In this document: positions 21,237 to 31,766 of the stretch, piece after piece
Numbering within the stretch: the first letter of the stretch is position 1
Layout: every line of letters starts with the position of its first letter
From: an uncultured Methanoregulaceae archaeon
Lineage (GTDB): Archaea; Halobacteriota; Methanomicrobia; Methanomicrobiales; Methanospirillaceae
NCBI GenBank assembly: GCA_963705255.1
Contig: OY970061.1
Span: 352,001 to 416,000, forward strand
DNA length: 64,000 bases
Direction of reading: 5' to 3'
Position numbers and translations under genes: made by a program
Notes under the pieces: model-generated
What the model saw: the letters and a program-made list of their open reading frames with translations, nothing else
Told to the model about the DNA's origin: nothing
Database searches by the model: none

Positions 21237-22772
21237 TCAGTCTGCTTTCTCATACCGGGGCAATGACAGGGTGAAAGCAGTGCCGGCACCCGGTTCGCTC
21301 GTGACCGTGATATCCCCGTTGAGCAGTTCTGCCATCTTTTTTGCAACCGGCAGGCTGATCCCGACGAACCCGAACTTTTCCAGGAGCTTGGACTCATCCG
21401 TGACAAAGAATGGCTTGAAGAGATCCGGTATGACCTCCTGCGGGATGACTGCCCTCCTGTTTCTGATGGTGAAATGGTGATATTTTTCATTATCGTGCTG
21501 GGTGATCTCGATGTGTGCAGGTCCTGCGGAATAGCGGATCACGCTGAAGACCAGGCTCTGGACGATCAGGTAAAAATATTCGCTGTCCGTGACTATCTTC
21601 AGATCTTCGGGAATCTCGACGTCAATCGCGATATCGCTGGAGCATTTGAGCACGGAGATATAGGCATTGAGAAGATCCTTTGGCGAGGTCTGGCGGTACT
21701 GGGGTTTGAACCGGGGCAGCATCTGTTCCGGGCCGTACCCCATGTCACTCAGTTTGATGATATGCCCGATCATCTCACGCATCTTATCGGCATTTTCCGA
21801 ACACTTTTTCAGGAGGGAGCAGGCTTCTGCATTCAGGCCGTACGCATCCGGATCGTCGAGGATCATGTGCAGGTACCCCATGACCGGCTGGAGGGGGGTG
21901 CGCAGTTCGTGGGCGGTAAGGATAAAAAATTCCCGTTTCCGGGTCAGCTCGTGCCGGAGGTCCTCTTCAATCTTGCGCAGCTCGGTGATATCGAGCAGGG
22001 AATAGATCCTCCGCAGCGTTCCGGGGATCATGTCCAGGATCACGTAGATATTCCTTATACTGCCCCCGCGGTCCTTGAGCCGGAACTCGTAATGCCGGGG
22101 CAGGGTACCCGCGTTCTTCCGGACCAGATCGTGGAACTCCATCACCATCCCGAGGTCGTCCCTGACAATGAAGGGCAACAGGGTGAACACCTCGCAGAGT
22201 TCCTCTCTGGGGTAGCCGACCAGTTTCTCAAATTCGGAGTTGACAAGGAAGATGGTCAGGTCGTCATCCACGATAGCCATGGCGGTGCCCGAGCTCTCGA
22301 AGATAGCACGGTACAGGGTCTCGGACTGGATCAGGCTCTCTTCTGTGCGTCTCCGGTCCTCCTCGATATCTAGGGTCGAGCCAATGGTATCCAGCACCCG
22401 TTTCTCCTGCTCGTTGAGATCCACGTACGAGAAGCTCCTGAGCGCCGCTTCCTCGGTCTCGTAGAAGATGAAGATCCGGTTGAAACCCGCGAGGAAGAGG
22501 ATCTCCTGGACCCGGGGATTCAGGCAGGCTATCTTCAGCGTCCCCTGCTTTTTTTTCATCTTCCGCAGGCAGACAAGCATCACGCGGAGACCCGAACTGC
22601 TGATATACTGTACACCCGCGAGGTTGAGTATAATCTGGAGGCTGCCGGAGTCGACGAGCTGCCTCAGCACAGCATCCAGTTCGGCGGACGTGTTGGAGTC
22701 CAGCCTCCCCAACAGGTACACGACGTCAGCAGTGTCTGCTTTTTTCTGGCAGATCTCCAGGACCGCGGGCAT
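21237..22772 (-). CDS. STAS-PAS-HisKA protein with degenerate HATPase domain
   Basis: STAS (GRLD, YISSSGL), PAS and TAHELRTPL present. The N box and G1 are replaced by QSLVFSVIRYS and TIRNRRAVIP. Confidence 0.85.
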   Translation of the reverse strand: MPAVLEICQKKADTADVVYLLGRLDSNTSAELDAVLRQLVDSGSLQIILNLAGVQYISSSGLRVMLVCLRKMKKKQGTLKIACLNPRVQEILFLAGFNRIFIFYETEEAALRSFSYVDLNEQEKRVLDTIGSTLDIEEDRRRTEESLIQSETLYRAIFESSGTAMAIVDDDLTIFLVNSEFEKLVGYPREELCEVFTLLPFIVRDDLGMVMEFHDLVRKNAGTLPRHYEFRLKDRGGSIRNIYVILDMIPGTLRRIYSLLDITELRKIEEDLRHELTRKREFFILTAHELRTPLQPVMGYLHMILDDPDAYGLNAEACSLLKKCSENADKMREMIGHIIKLSDMGYGPEQMLPRFKPQYRQTSPKDLLNAYISVLKCSSDIAIDVEIPEDLKIVTDSEYFYLIVQSLVFSVIRYSAGPAHIEITQHDNEKYHHFTIRNRRAVIPQEVIPDLFKPFFVTDESKLLEKFGFVGISLPVAKKMAELLNGDITVTSEPGAGTAFTLSLPRYEKAD

Positions 22773-23186
22773 TACCGGTTAATTCATTTGAGGTACTACA
22801 TAACCGTTAGGAAAAAGATCGGGAACGGAACGGTACCCGTACTGATCCCGCGGATCACCGACCTTTCCGGCGGCAGTTGTAGCGATAAACCGGCCATCCC
22901 GGCCCTCACCTCCCGTCCGGATAATCCACTGGACGGCAGTTGCCGGTAGTGCAACGAGATTCGGTTGCAACTGTCGTACCCCTTTTTTCCTGCAGGAAAC
23001 CACAGGTCGTTCCCATCATTCTATACGCCATGAGCGCGTATAGTAATAAAATCATACGCGGTTCTGGCACCAGTGCCAGCCGGATGAAGGACACCTTTGT
23101 TCCTCTCTTCTGCAAAACCCTTCGTGTGGAGAGTACCTGATGCCCGAAAAGAGCGGCACCGTGTGAAAAACGAGAACGATACGTCA

Positions 23187-23435
23187 ATGACATTACATTT
23201 CGAAAAACCTGAAATTCCGGGTACGAGGAGCGGGTATGTGATCCGGTTCTCCTGCCCGCTGTGCGCTGCCGAGAATGTTATCATCAACAAAACCCCGCGG
23301 GATCATTTCAAGGAATCCCGGATTGCACCGTGTACGCAGTGCAGGAAACGGTTTACCGTGGTAACCCCTCACCTGAACCAGAGACCGGGATACTCCCCGC
23401 TCCCCCCCTATGCCGGAGGTAAGGCACCGCGATAA
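23187..23435 (+). CDS. Small zinc-ribbon protein
   Basis: CPLC...CTQC pairs in an 82-aa ORF. Confidence 0.65.
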   Translation: MTLHFEKPEIPGTRSGYVIRFSCPLCAAENVIINKTPRDHFKESRIAPCTQCRKRFTVVTPHLNQRPGYSPLPPYAGGKAPR

Positions 23436-23664
23436 ATTCCCGGCCTTTCGGACACCAACGGGATGCGTTCCCCGGTTTCATCATTTCCGGTGTACGACTT
23501 CCCCCCCGTGGGTTGTAAGGGGTTACCGTACTTGTGATCCAGGCCTGATATTTCAGCTCTTCCCATGATGCCTGTTCGTACCCGGCAGCTCCGTCCGTGC
23601 CGGATTAACCCTCTCCTTCTGGTGCTAAGCATTGATTTATCTGCAGGCAGCGGGAGTATAGACT

Positions 23665-23943
23665 ATGTCACCGCGACACGGACCCAGACCGGATCCCCGC
23701 AATCCGCAGTCCCATCTCGGGTCAAATCCCAGCCAGGACAAGGAGCGTCATGAGGAAGAGGACCGGCACCACCCCATGGATCACCTGCATCCCCACCCGG
23801 CCCATCACCCGCAGGCCAAACCGGCCCTCCAGCCCCGGCATAACGCACATTCCCATCCCCATGGCGATGAGTTGCCGGCCCATACCAATCCCCCCGGACC
23901 CATCAAGCCCTCCAAGAAGGTGACCAGGACCGGGAAATCCTGA
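23665..23943 (+). CDS. Possible His/Pro-rich small disordered protein
   Basis: 92-aa ORF with many His residues; a TATA-like tttat lies about 28 nt upstream. Confidence 0.4.
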   Translation: MSPRHGPRPDPRNPQSHLGSNPSQDKERHEEEDRHHPMDHLHPHPAHHPQAKPALQPRHNAHSHPHGDELPAHTNPPGPIKPSKKVTRTGKS

Positions 23944-24067
23944 TGCCGGGATCTCCTGCCATGGGCCGCATTCTGCATGGCTGCAGGATGAAATTTTTCC
24001 CGGTTTTCAATGTGCAAAAAAGAAGTATCCGACAACACCGTTGCGGAAATAAGAGAAAGGGTTACCC

Positions 24068-24400
24068 ATGTTACGACCAGAAGATGTTGAAACGATCCTG
24101 ACAACACACGATCTCTCGGTGTTTCTCAGGGATTTGGTGCGGAAAGAAGATCGCGATCTGAAAATTGATATTGACTATGAATCCGGTGAATTGTTCATCG
24201 ATTGCCCGGGCTTTTCCTATGGTCTCTCCGTGACCGCCGATCCCTTCGGTGTCTGGGTGATCAGCGAGATGATCTCGCAGGACAATGACGGGGTTTTTAC
24301 CCAGAGCGGGAACCTCCACAGGACTGAGAGGACCATGACCGTGCTCAGGGCCGTTGCCAGCTGGATTGTGGATATCGAAGAGAGTGCGCGAAAGGGTTGA
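24068..24400 (+). CDS. Hypothetical protein
   Basis: Clean 110-aa acidic ORF with a purine-rich upstream sequence. Confidence 0.7.
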   Translation: MLRPEDVETILTTHDLSVFLRDLVRKEDRDLKIDIDYESGELFIDCPGFSYGLSVTADPFGVWVISEMISQDNDGVFTQSGNLHRTERTMTVLRAVASWIVDIEESARKG

Positions 24401-24590
24401 AGACAGTATCCGTTTTTCAGGAAAGGCTGGCGGGTTCCGGAGGGAACCCTCCTTTCAAAGGAAAGGAGATCCGATAAGTACCTGCCCGTGAGGGCTGTTT
24501 CTGCAGGGGCGTCCCGGGGGATCGTGAATTATCTCCGTGGCGGGTTATGAGGCGGGACGGGTCGTTTTTCTATTCATCTTTCCTGCGATC

Positions 24591-24833
24591 TTACGCAATA
24601 CCCGGCCAGAAGAACCAGACAAGGCATACACCCGCGAGTGCAGCACAGGTCCGGAACCACCACTTCGTCCAGACCGGGCGAGCTTCCATGAAATCATAGC
24701 TGCGCGAATTCCGCTCGCCTCTTTCCAGCAGCCATTCCAGCCAGGTCACGGCAGGGTCCTGCAGGGAATACGCCGGCCGCTGTCCGCCGGGCCGGTCGCG
24801 GGGAACATCAGAGCAGACCCCGGGCCTCATCAA
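24591..24833 (-). CDS. Small hypothetical protein with C-terminal TM helix
   Basis: WTKWWFRTCAALAGVCLVWFFWPG; overlaps the end of the upstream ORF. Confidence 0.4.
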   Translation of the reverse strand: MMRPGVCSDVPRDRPGGQRPAYSLQDPAVTWLEWLLERGERNSRSYDFMEARPVWTKWWFRTCAALAGVCLVWFFWPGIA

Positions 24834-25107
24834 TAAGTTCTATCGTGTAGCGGTGGGGATAATCGCATTTCCTGAAAGGAGATGTTCCCATGATATAGAA
24901 CCCGAAACGGGGTTCGCGGATACGGTTGGTATAGAGAAAATTCAGCATGGCGCTGATCGATTGGGAGGATTTTCTTGACAGGTTAAGAAACAGGGCAATT
25001 TCGCGTGACGTTACCGCAGCCCGGGTAATTTTCTTCCGGAGCAGATAGCTACAGATAAGGTGGGCGCACTGGTACCGCCGCGTCGAATCTGTCCGCATAT
25101 GTCCCAT
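24808..25107 (-). CDS. Basic hypothetical protein, possibly winged-helix DNA-binding
   Basis: aggag RBS; HTH-like VTSREIALFLNLS...ISAMLNFL segment. Confidence 0.55.
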   Translation of the reverse strand: MGHMRTDSTRRYQCAHLICSYLLRKKITRAAVTSREIALFLNLSRKSSQSISAMLNFLYTNRIREPRFGFYIMGTSPFRKCDYPHRYTIELIDEARGLL

Positions 25108-25180
25108 GTCTGTCTCCTTTTTTTATTGCTGATGCCTCATTTGGTTCTTCTGCGGATATAGCTGCGTATTGTGGGCAATT

Positions 25181-25364
25181 TTTGAAAATTGCCACCAACT
25201 GATCTGACAATTATTTTTTATTGCCGCAGCCGGAACTGGTAATTGAGCATGAAAATGCTATGAGCATTTTCAGCAACGTGCATGAAAGTCATGCTGACTT
25301 CATGCCCGTATTTTAAAATTCCCACCAACCGATCCGGGAATTATTTTTTATTGTCACTTCCGGA
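25181..25364. promoter_or_regulatory. Two 54-bp direct repeats 130 bp apart enclosing two palindromes
   Basis: 25181-25234 versus 25311-25364 match at 44/54 positions; tgaaaatgct-atg-agcattttca and gcatgaa...ttcatgc lie between them. Confidence 0.6.
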
Positions 25365-25640
25365 CCCGGGACAAGAACAGGCAGCAGGGTTTCAGAACCC
25401 GGAGCATCGCGACAATCCAATAGGCGAAGGCGACACATCAGGCTGCAGCGGTTCGACGTCCCTTCCGGCATGAGTCGCATGCGCAAATATTCCGATTCCG
25501 GAAAAGATCGTTATCCGTATGTGGCGGCTCAGATGAAGGCGGCCCGAAAAAAGATTACCGTACCTATTGGGATCATTTTTTTGAGGTTAAAGAGAATCAC
25601 GTTGATGTTGATTTTCCTGAATTGGACCAGTATTTTCCAG

Positions 25641-26003
25641 TTAAGAGATTTTCTCCGATGAGGATCCATCTTCGCCTGACAGGGCATGCACTGCCTCAGG
25701 AACCGAGGGAACTAGCTGGAAGATCTGGTTAAATCCGGTGATCCTCAGGATCCTGTCGGTAAACCCGTTCGTGCTCTCCACGAGAATGAGGCGGGTTCCG
25801 TGTGTCCGGAGTCCGCGGTTGAATTCGAGCAGCCCCCGGAGCGCGCTGCTGTTGATATATTCCACGTGAAGCAGGTCGAGGACAACCGGCATATCCGGAA
25901 AGTCGTGGCAGGCCACTTCCAGTTTCTGGGCATCATTCGAATCCATCCCGCCGGTTATGGCCAGGATCAGCACGCCACTGACAACATTGGTTGAAATCTC
26001 CAT
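25641..26003 (-). CDS. STAS domain (anti-anti-sigma-like) protein
   Basis: GGMD, VVLDL..VEYINSSALR and ILRITGF motifs. Confidence 0.85.
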   Translation of the reverse strand: MEISTNVVSGVLILAITGGMDSNDAQKLEVACHDFPDMPVVLDLLHVEYINSSALRGLLEFNRGLRTHGTRLILVESTNGFTDRILRITGFNQIFQLVPSVPEAVHALSGEDGSSSEKIS

Positions 26004-26559
26004 ATCATTCCCCCGATTGCTCCGGATATCCGTCATGTGTCGCCAGGCCAGACCCTGCTGCCTGAGGGAACGTATACGATCCGTTCTTCGTTTCCCCCTT
26101 GATGTTTCGATACCCGGGATCGCTCCCTGGTGTCGTGCGTTCGCTTTTCAGCCCGGATCTGCTCTGTCGTGTACCAGACTTGAATAAGATATCATATAAA
26201 GGCTGTGGAGAATCCCTCAAAACCCGGAAACAGCGATTCCAGGTCAATGATATCACGATGTACGTGCTCCGGGAGTATCTCTCAGTCTCCGGGAAGGGAA
26301 GCAGGCAGGGAAGACGATCCCCATGGCAGTACTGCCCGTCATGGGGCATGCTGTCGCCGGATCGATCGGTACGGTAACGATCTTCTCTTTTCCGTTCCCT
26401 CTGGTTTTTTCGTAACGGGAGGTCCTGCAAACATTGTTACAGTTTCAAAAACTTGGACATATCTTTATCAACAGGATTCTCCATAAGGGTATCCGGTAGC
26501 TGTCCCTTGAACTTCATACTCTCTGAAAGTTCCGAGCTGCCACAGATCGATTTGGAGGC

Positions 26560-26754
26560 ATGAACATGAGTAAAGTAGTAGCAGGCATATTGTTGCTTTT
26601 AACTGGACTTGCTCTGGTAGCTGGCGGGTATACGAGTCTCGGTACGCTCTATGCAACCGGTATCAGTCTTATAATTGCGGGTATCTTGATCATTATCCTG
26701 GCAATTAAGATGGCCATGGCAATGAAATGTGAAACAAAAACCCCAGCCAAGTAA
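26560..26754 (+). CDS. Small two-TM membrane protein
   Basis: ggagg RBS, two hydrophobic helices and a T-run after the stop. Confidence 0.7.
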   Translation: MNMSKVVAGILLLLTGLALVAGGYTSLGTLYATGISLIIAGILIIILAIKMAMAMKCETKTPAK

Positions 26755-27387
26755 TCTTTTTTTAGCGAATCCGCGCCACGCACCAGTGCTGGTGCAAACA
26801 ACAAAAGACAACGCACCGGAACCCAGAAATTAACGATGTACGTCCCGGCCGGCGAACCTTTGATTATTCAAAACCAATTGCGATCATACGTGCGTCCACT
26901 TTCACCCTGCCTTCAGCTCAGTTTCATCCACTCATTCAAACGAATACTGACCGATGGATTGCCTTTACACTTCATGCCTGGTATCTTGTCATCGATGTCA
27001 ACACGAATGGACGTATATGGGGTCACGGCTCGCCAGTCTGGAACGATCACGGAAGCCGGTCCACGTCCAGTGTCCTCGATGTCACAACCGGGTAAAGATG
27101 GATGTAAAGAATGCTGCATGACTAAAAATCTTTTAGGGTTACCCGACTAAAAAAGGACGCTGTTAGGTTTAGGCTCCTTTTTCTGAAAGACGTACTCATC
27201 ATATGTCGAAATTCCCATTGCAATCAGACTGAACACCATTGCCCGTCTCTCCGCTTCGCCCGTCTGTTCTCAACTCCCTGCCAGTACAGCCGGGATGATG
27301 CCGGTCCAATGTCCGGCCGGACTGCCGGGAGATGTCATGAGGGGTAGGAACCCTTCCCCCCAATCCATACCGCCCCTCCCGGCCCGT

Positions 27388-29788
<2,401 letters not shown>

Positions 29789-29789
29789 T

Positions 29790-29810
29790 TAGTTCGAATT
29801 TACCTAACTA
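29790..29810. promoter_or_regulatory. Putative MarR operator upstream of lon
   Basis: TAGTTCGA-N5-CCTAACTA, matching the site upstream of marR. Confidence 0.6.
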
Positions 29811-29828
29811 AAGTCCAGGACAAAAAAA

Positions 29829-30248
29829 TTACCTGACTTTCTGCAGGATCCCGATCAGGAGACCCATCTCGTGTTCATCCAGTGAATCCATCATTCGTTC
29901 AATCACCCTGCGCAGGGCAGCCTGTTCGGCGTGTGCAATCTTCTGCCCTTTCTCGGTCAGGCGAATGTACAGGATCCTCCCGTCATCGGGACAGCGTTCC
30001 CGGTACACGCACTCCATCCGAACAAACCGGTTGATCATCTCGGTGATCGTGGGTTTTGAGTTCCGGGTGATCTCAGCAAGCCTGCTGAAGGTGACTTCCC
30101 CCTCTTCATCGATGGTCTTCAGATAAGCGATCTGCCTCACCGTCATATCCGATAATCCGCATTCGGAGAAGATAGTACAGGAGCATTCGTTCCTGATCCT
30201 GAGCAGGTTTTCAACCACTTCGAACAGATCCTCCTCACGTGCCACCAT
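29829..30248 (-). CDS. MarR-family transcriptional regulator
   Basis: TFSRLAE...SKPTIT.MIN and DGR...IRLTEKG motifs. Confidence 0.92.
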   Translation of the reverse strand: MVAREEDLFEVVENLLRIRNECSCTIFSECGLSDMTVRQIAYLKTIDEEGEVTFSRLAEITRNSKPTITEMINRFVRMECVYRERCPDDGRILYIRLTEKGQKIAHAEQAALRRVIERMMDSLDEHEMGLLIGILQKVR

Positions 30249-30263
30249 ACTCCGATCCTTTGT

Positions 30264-30284
30264 TAGTTAGGTTTTGCCTAATTA
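30264..30284. promoter_or_regulatory. Putative MarR autoregulatory operator
   Basis: TAGTTAGG-N5-CCTAATTA, next to a TATA-like ttttataa on the minus strand. Confidence 0.65.
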
Positions 30285-30385
30285 TAAAAGTAATGATCCG
30301 GGAATCCCGGCTCTGACGCGGTCCCAGGAGTGGTTGCCGGTATGAAACGCCCCCTGCTGGAGTGGAGGAGAATTTCTTTTCCTTA

Positions 30386-31297
30386 TCAGGTCCCATACGA
30401 AAGGAACGTGAGGACGATGCTGGCAAATGCATCGGGATACTGGTACATCACGCCATGTCCGCCACCCCGCATCCTGACGACCCATGACTGGGGCACTTTT
30501 CCGGCTATGATAAGTGAGTTGCCGGGAGGAGTAAGGAGATCCTGGTCGCCCGTTATCAGCAGGAGCGGCTGCTCCATATCCGGGAGCCGGGAGTAAGAAC
30601 CGTTCCATGTCATCATCGCCGTGTACTGGCGTCTGACATTCTCTGCAGGGCTCATCGATGTGACGTTCGGGAAGTATTTTGAAGGGTCAGGGTTTTCTTT
30701 CAGCCATACCGGGGGGAACATCTCCTTAAAGAGCCTTTCACCCCGCTCTCTGTCGGTACCCGTGGTGTTCTGGATGGACTCCAGATCCTGCGGCGCGGGT
30801 GAGAGTGCTTCCTTTCCCCCGGGGTCTCCGGCATACAGAATGAGTTTATCCACTTTTTCCGGATAATCGAGCGTTAATTCCTGTGCGATATTCGTACCCA
30901 TGGAGAAACCCATGACATCCGCTTTTTCGATCTTCAGCGCATCCATGAGACCAGCGGTGTCATCAGCAAAAAGCCGGATGGAATATTCTTTGTCCGAGGA
31001 TGTCGTATGGCCCATTCCCCGGTTATCGAAGATGATGACCCGATACTGTTCTGCGAGCTGGTTCACCACGCGGGGGTCCCAGAGATCCATGGTCCCTGAA
31101 TAGCCCATGATCAGGACAAGAGGTTCGCCGGATCCGACTTCCTTGTAGGCGATGGTGATGTCACCAACGGGTACCGTTTTCATTTCAGCCCTGGTTATGT
31201 CTGCTTGTGGCGATGCATGTGTGCATCCGGCACCAGCGAGGAAAAGCGCACATATAAGCACAACCTGCACACTCATGACCATGGTCTTTGGAATCAT
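30386..31297 (-). CDS. Alpha/beta hydrolase, probable lipoprotein
   Basis: GAGC lipobox-like signal, FDNRGMG, nucleophile GFSMG, GDQD and GGH. Confidence 0.88.
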   Translation of the reverse strand: MIPKTMVMSVQVVLICALFLAGAGCTHASPQADITRAEMKTVPVGDITIAYKEVGSGEPLVLIMGYSGTMDLWDPRVVNQLAEQYRVIIFDNRGMGHTTSSDKEYSIRLFADDTAGLMDALKIEKADVMGFSMGTNIAQELTLDYPEKVDKLILYAGDPGGKEALSPAPQDLESIQNTTGTDRERGERLFKEMFPPVWLKENPDPSKYFPNVTSMSPAENVRRQYTAMMTWNGSYSRLPDMEQPLLLITGDQDLLTPPGNSLIIAGKVPQSWVVRMRGGGHGVMYQYPDAFASIVLTFLSYGT

Positions 31298-31366
31298 GAA
31301 CTCTCTGATGAACCCTTTTGATGGGATCGTTTAAAAGAATACTGAGAGGTCATCAGGGTGGAGCGC

Positions 31367-31457
31367 GGCAGTTGAAGATCTCCGATCTTCTCCACCTCTC
31401 CTTACGGTTCGGCAGTCATAGATCTCCGATCTTCCTGGCTTCGCCTTACGGTTCGGG
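31367..31457 (-). repeat. REP-like doublet (2 x ~44 bp)
   Basis: ggcagtYVWagatctccgatcttc...ccttacggttcgg occurs twice; the reverse strand reads ggagaagatcggagatcttcaactgccg. Confidence 0.7.
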
Positions 31458-31766
31458 CATTCCCACAAAGCGCTGGCGTTTCGCGGTTGAACAATTCCGG
31501 AACGGACGGAGGCCGGTTCGGGAGAGAAGTGGAGGACCGGAGTCTGGACAGGGTGTGGATCTATCCAGGGTATCCCGCGCCATTCTGGTTTCAGGCATCC
31601 GCTGCCCGCCAGTGCCGGAAACCGGGCCCCCGTTTCCGTCATCCCGCGATGATCTTGTTTCTGCCCGGTGAACCGGTGCAGGAAATGAATGCGGGTGGCA
31701 TGCCGGAGTGGTACCCGCGACCATGACTATTTATATCTCTACCAGATTATACAGTCAGATTGCTCT

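Noticed and set aside
27131-27152. Third MarR-like palindrome (ttttagggttacccgactaaaa)
   Set aside because: Spacing and half-sites differ from the two operator copies, and no clear target gene follows.
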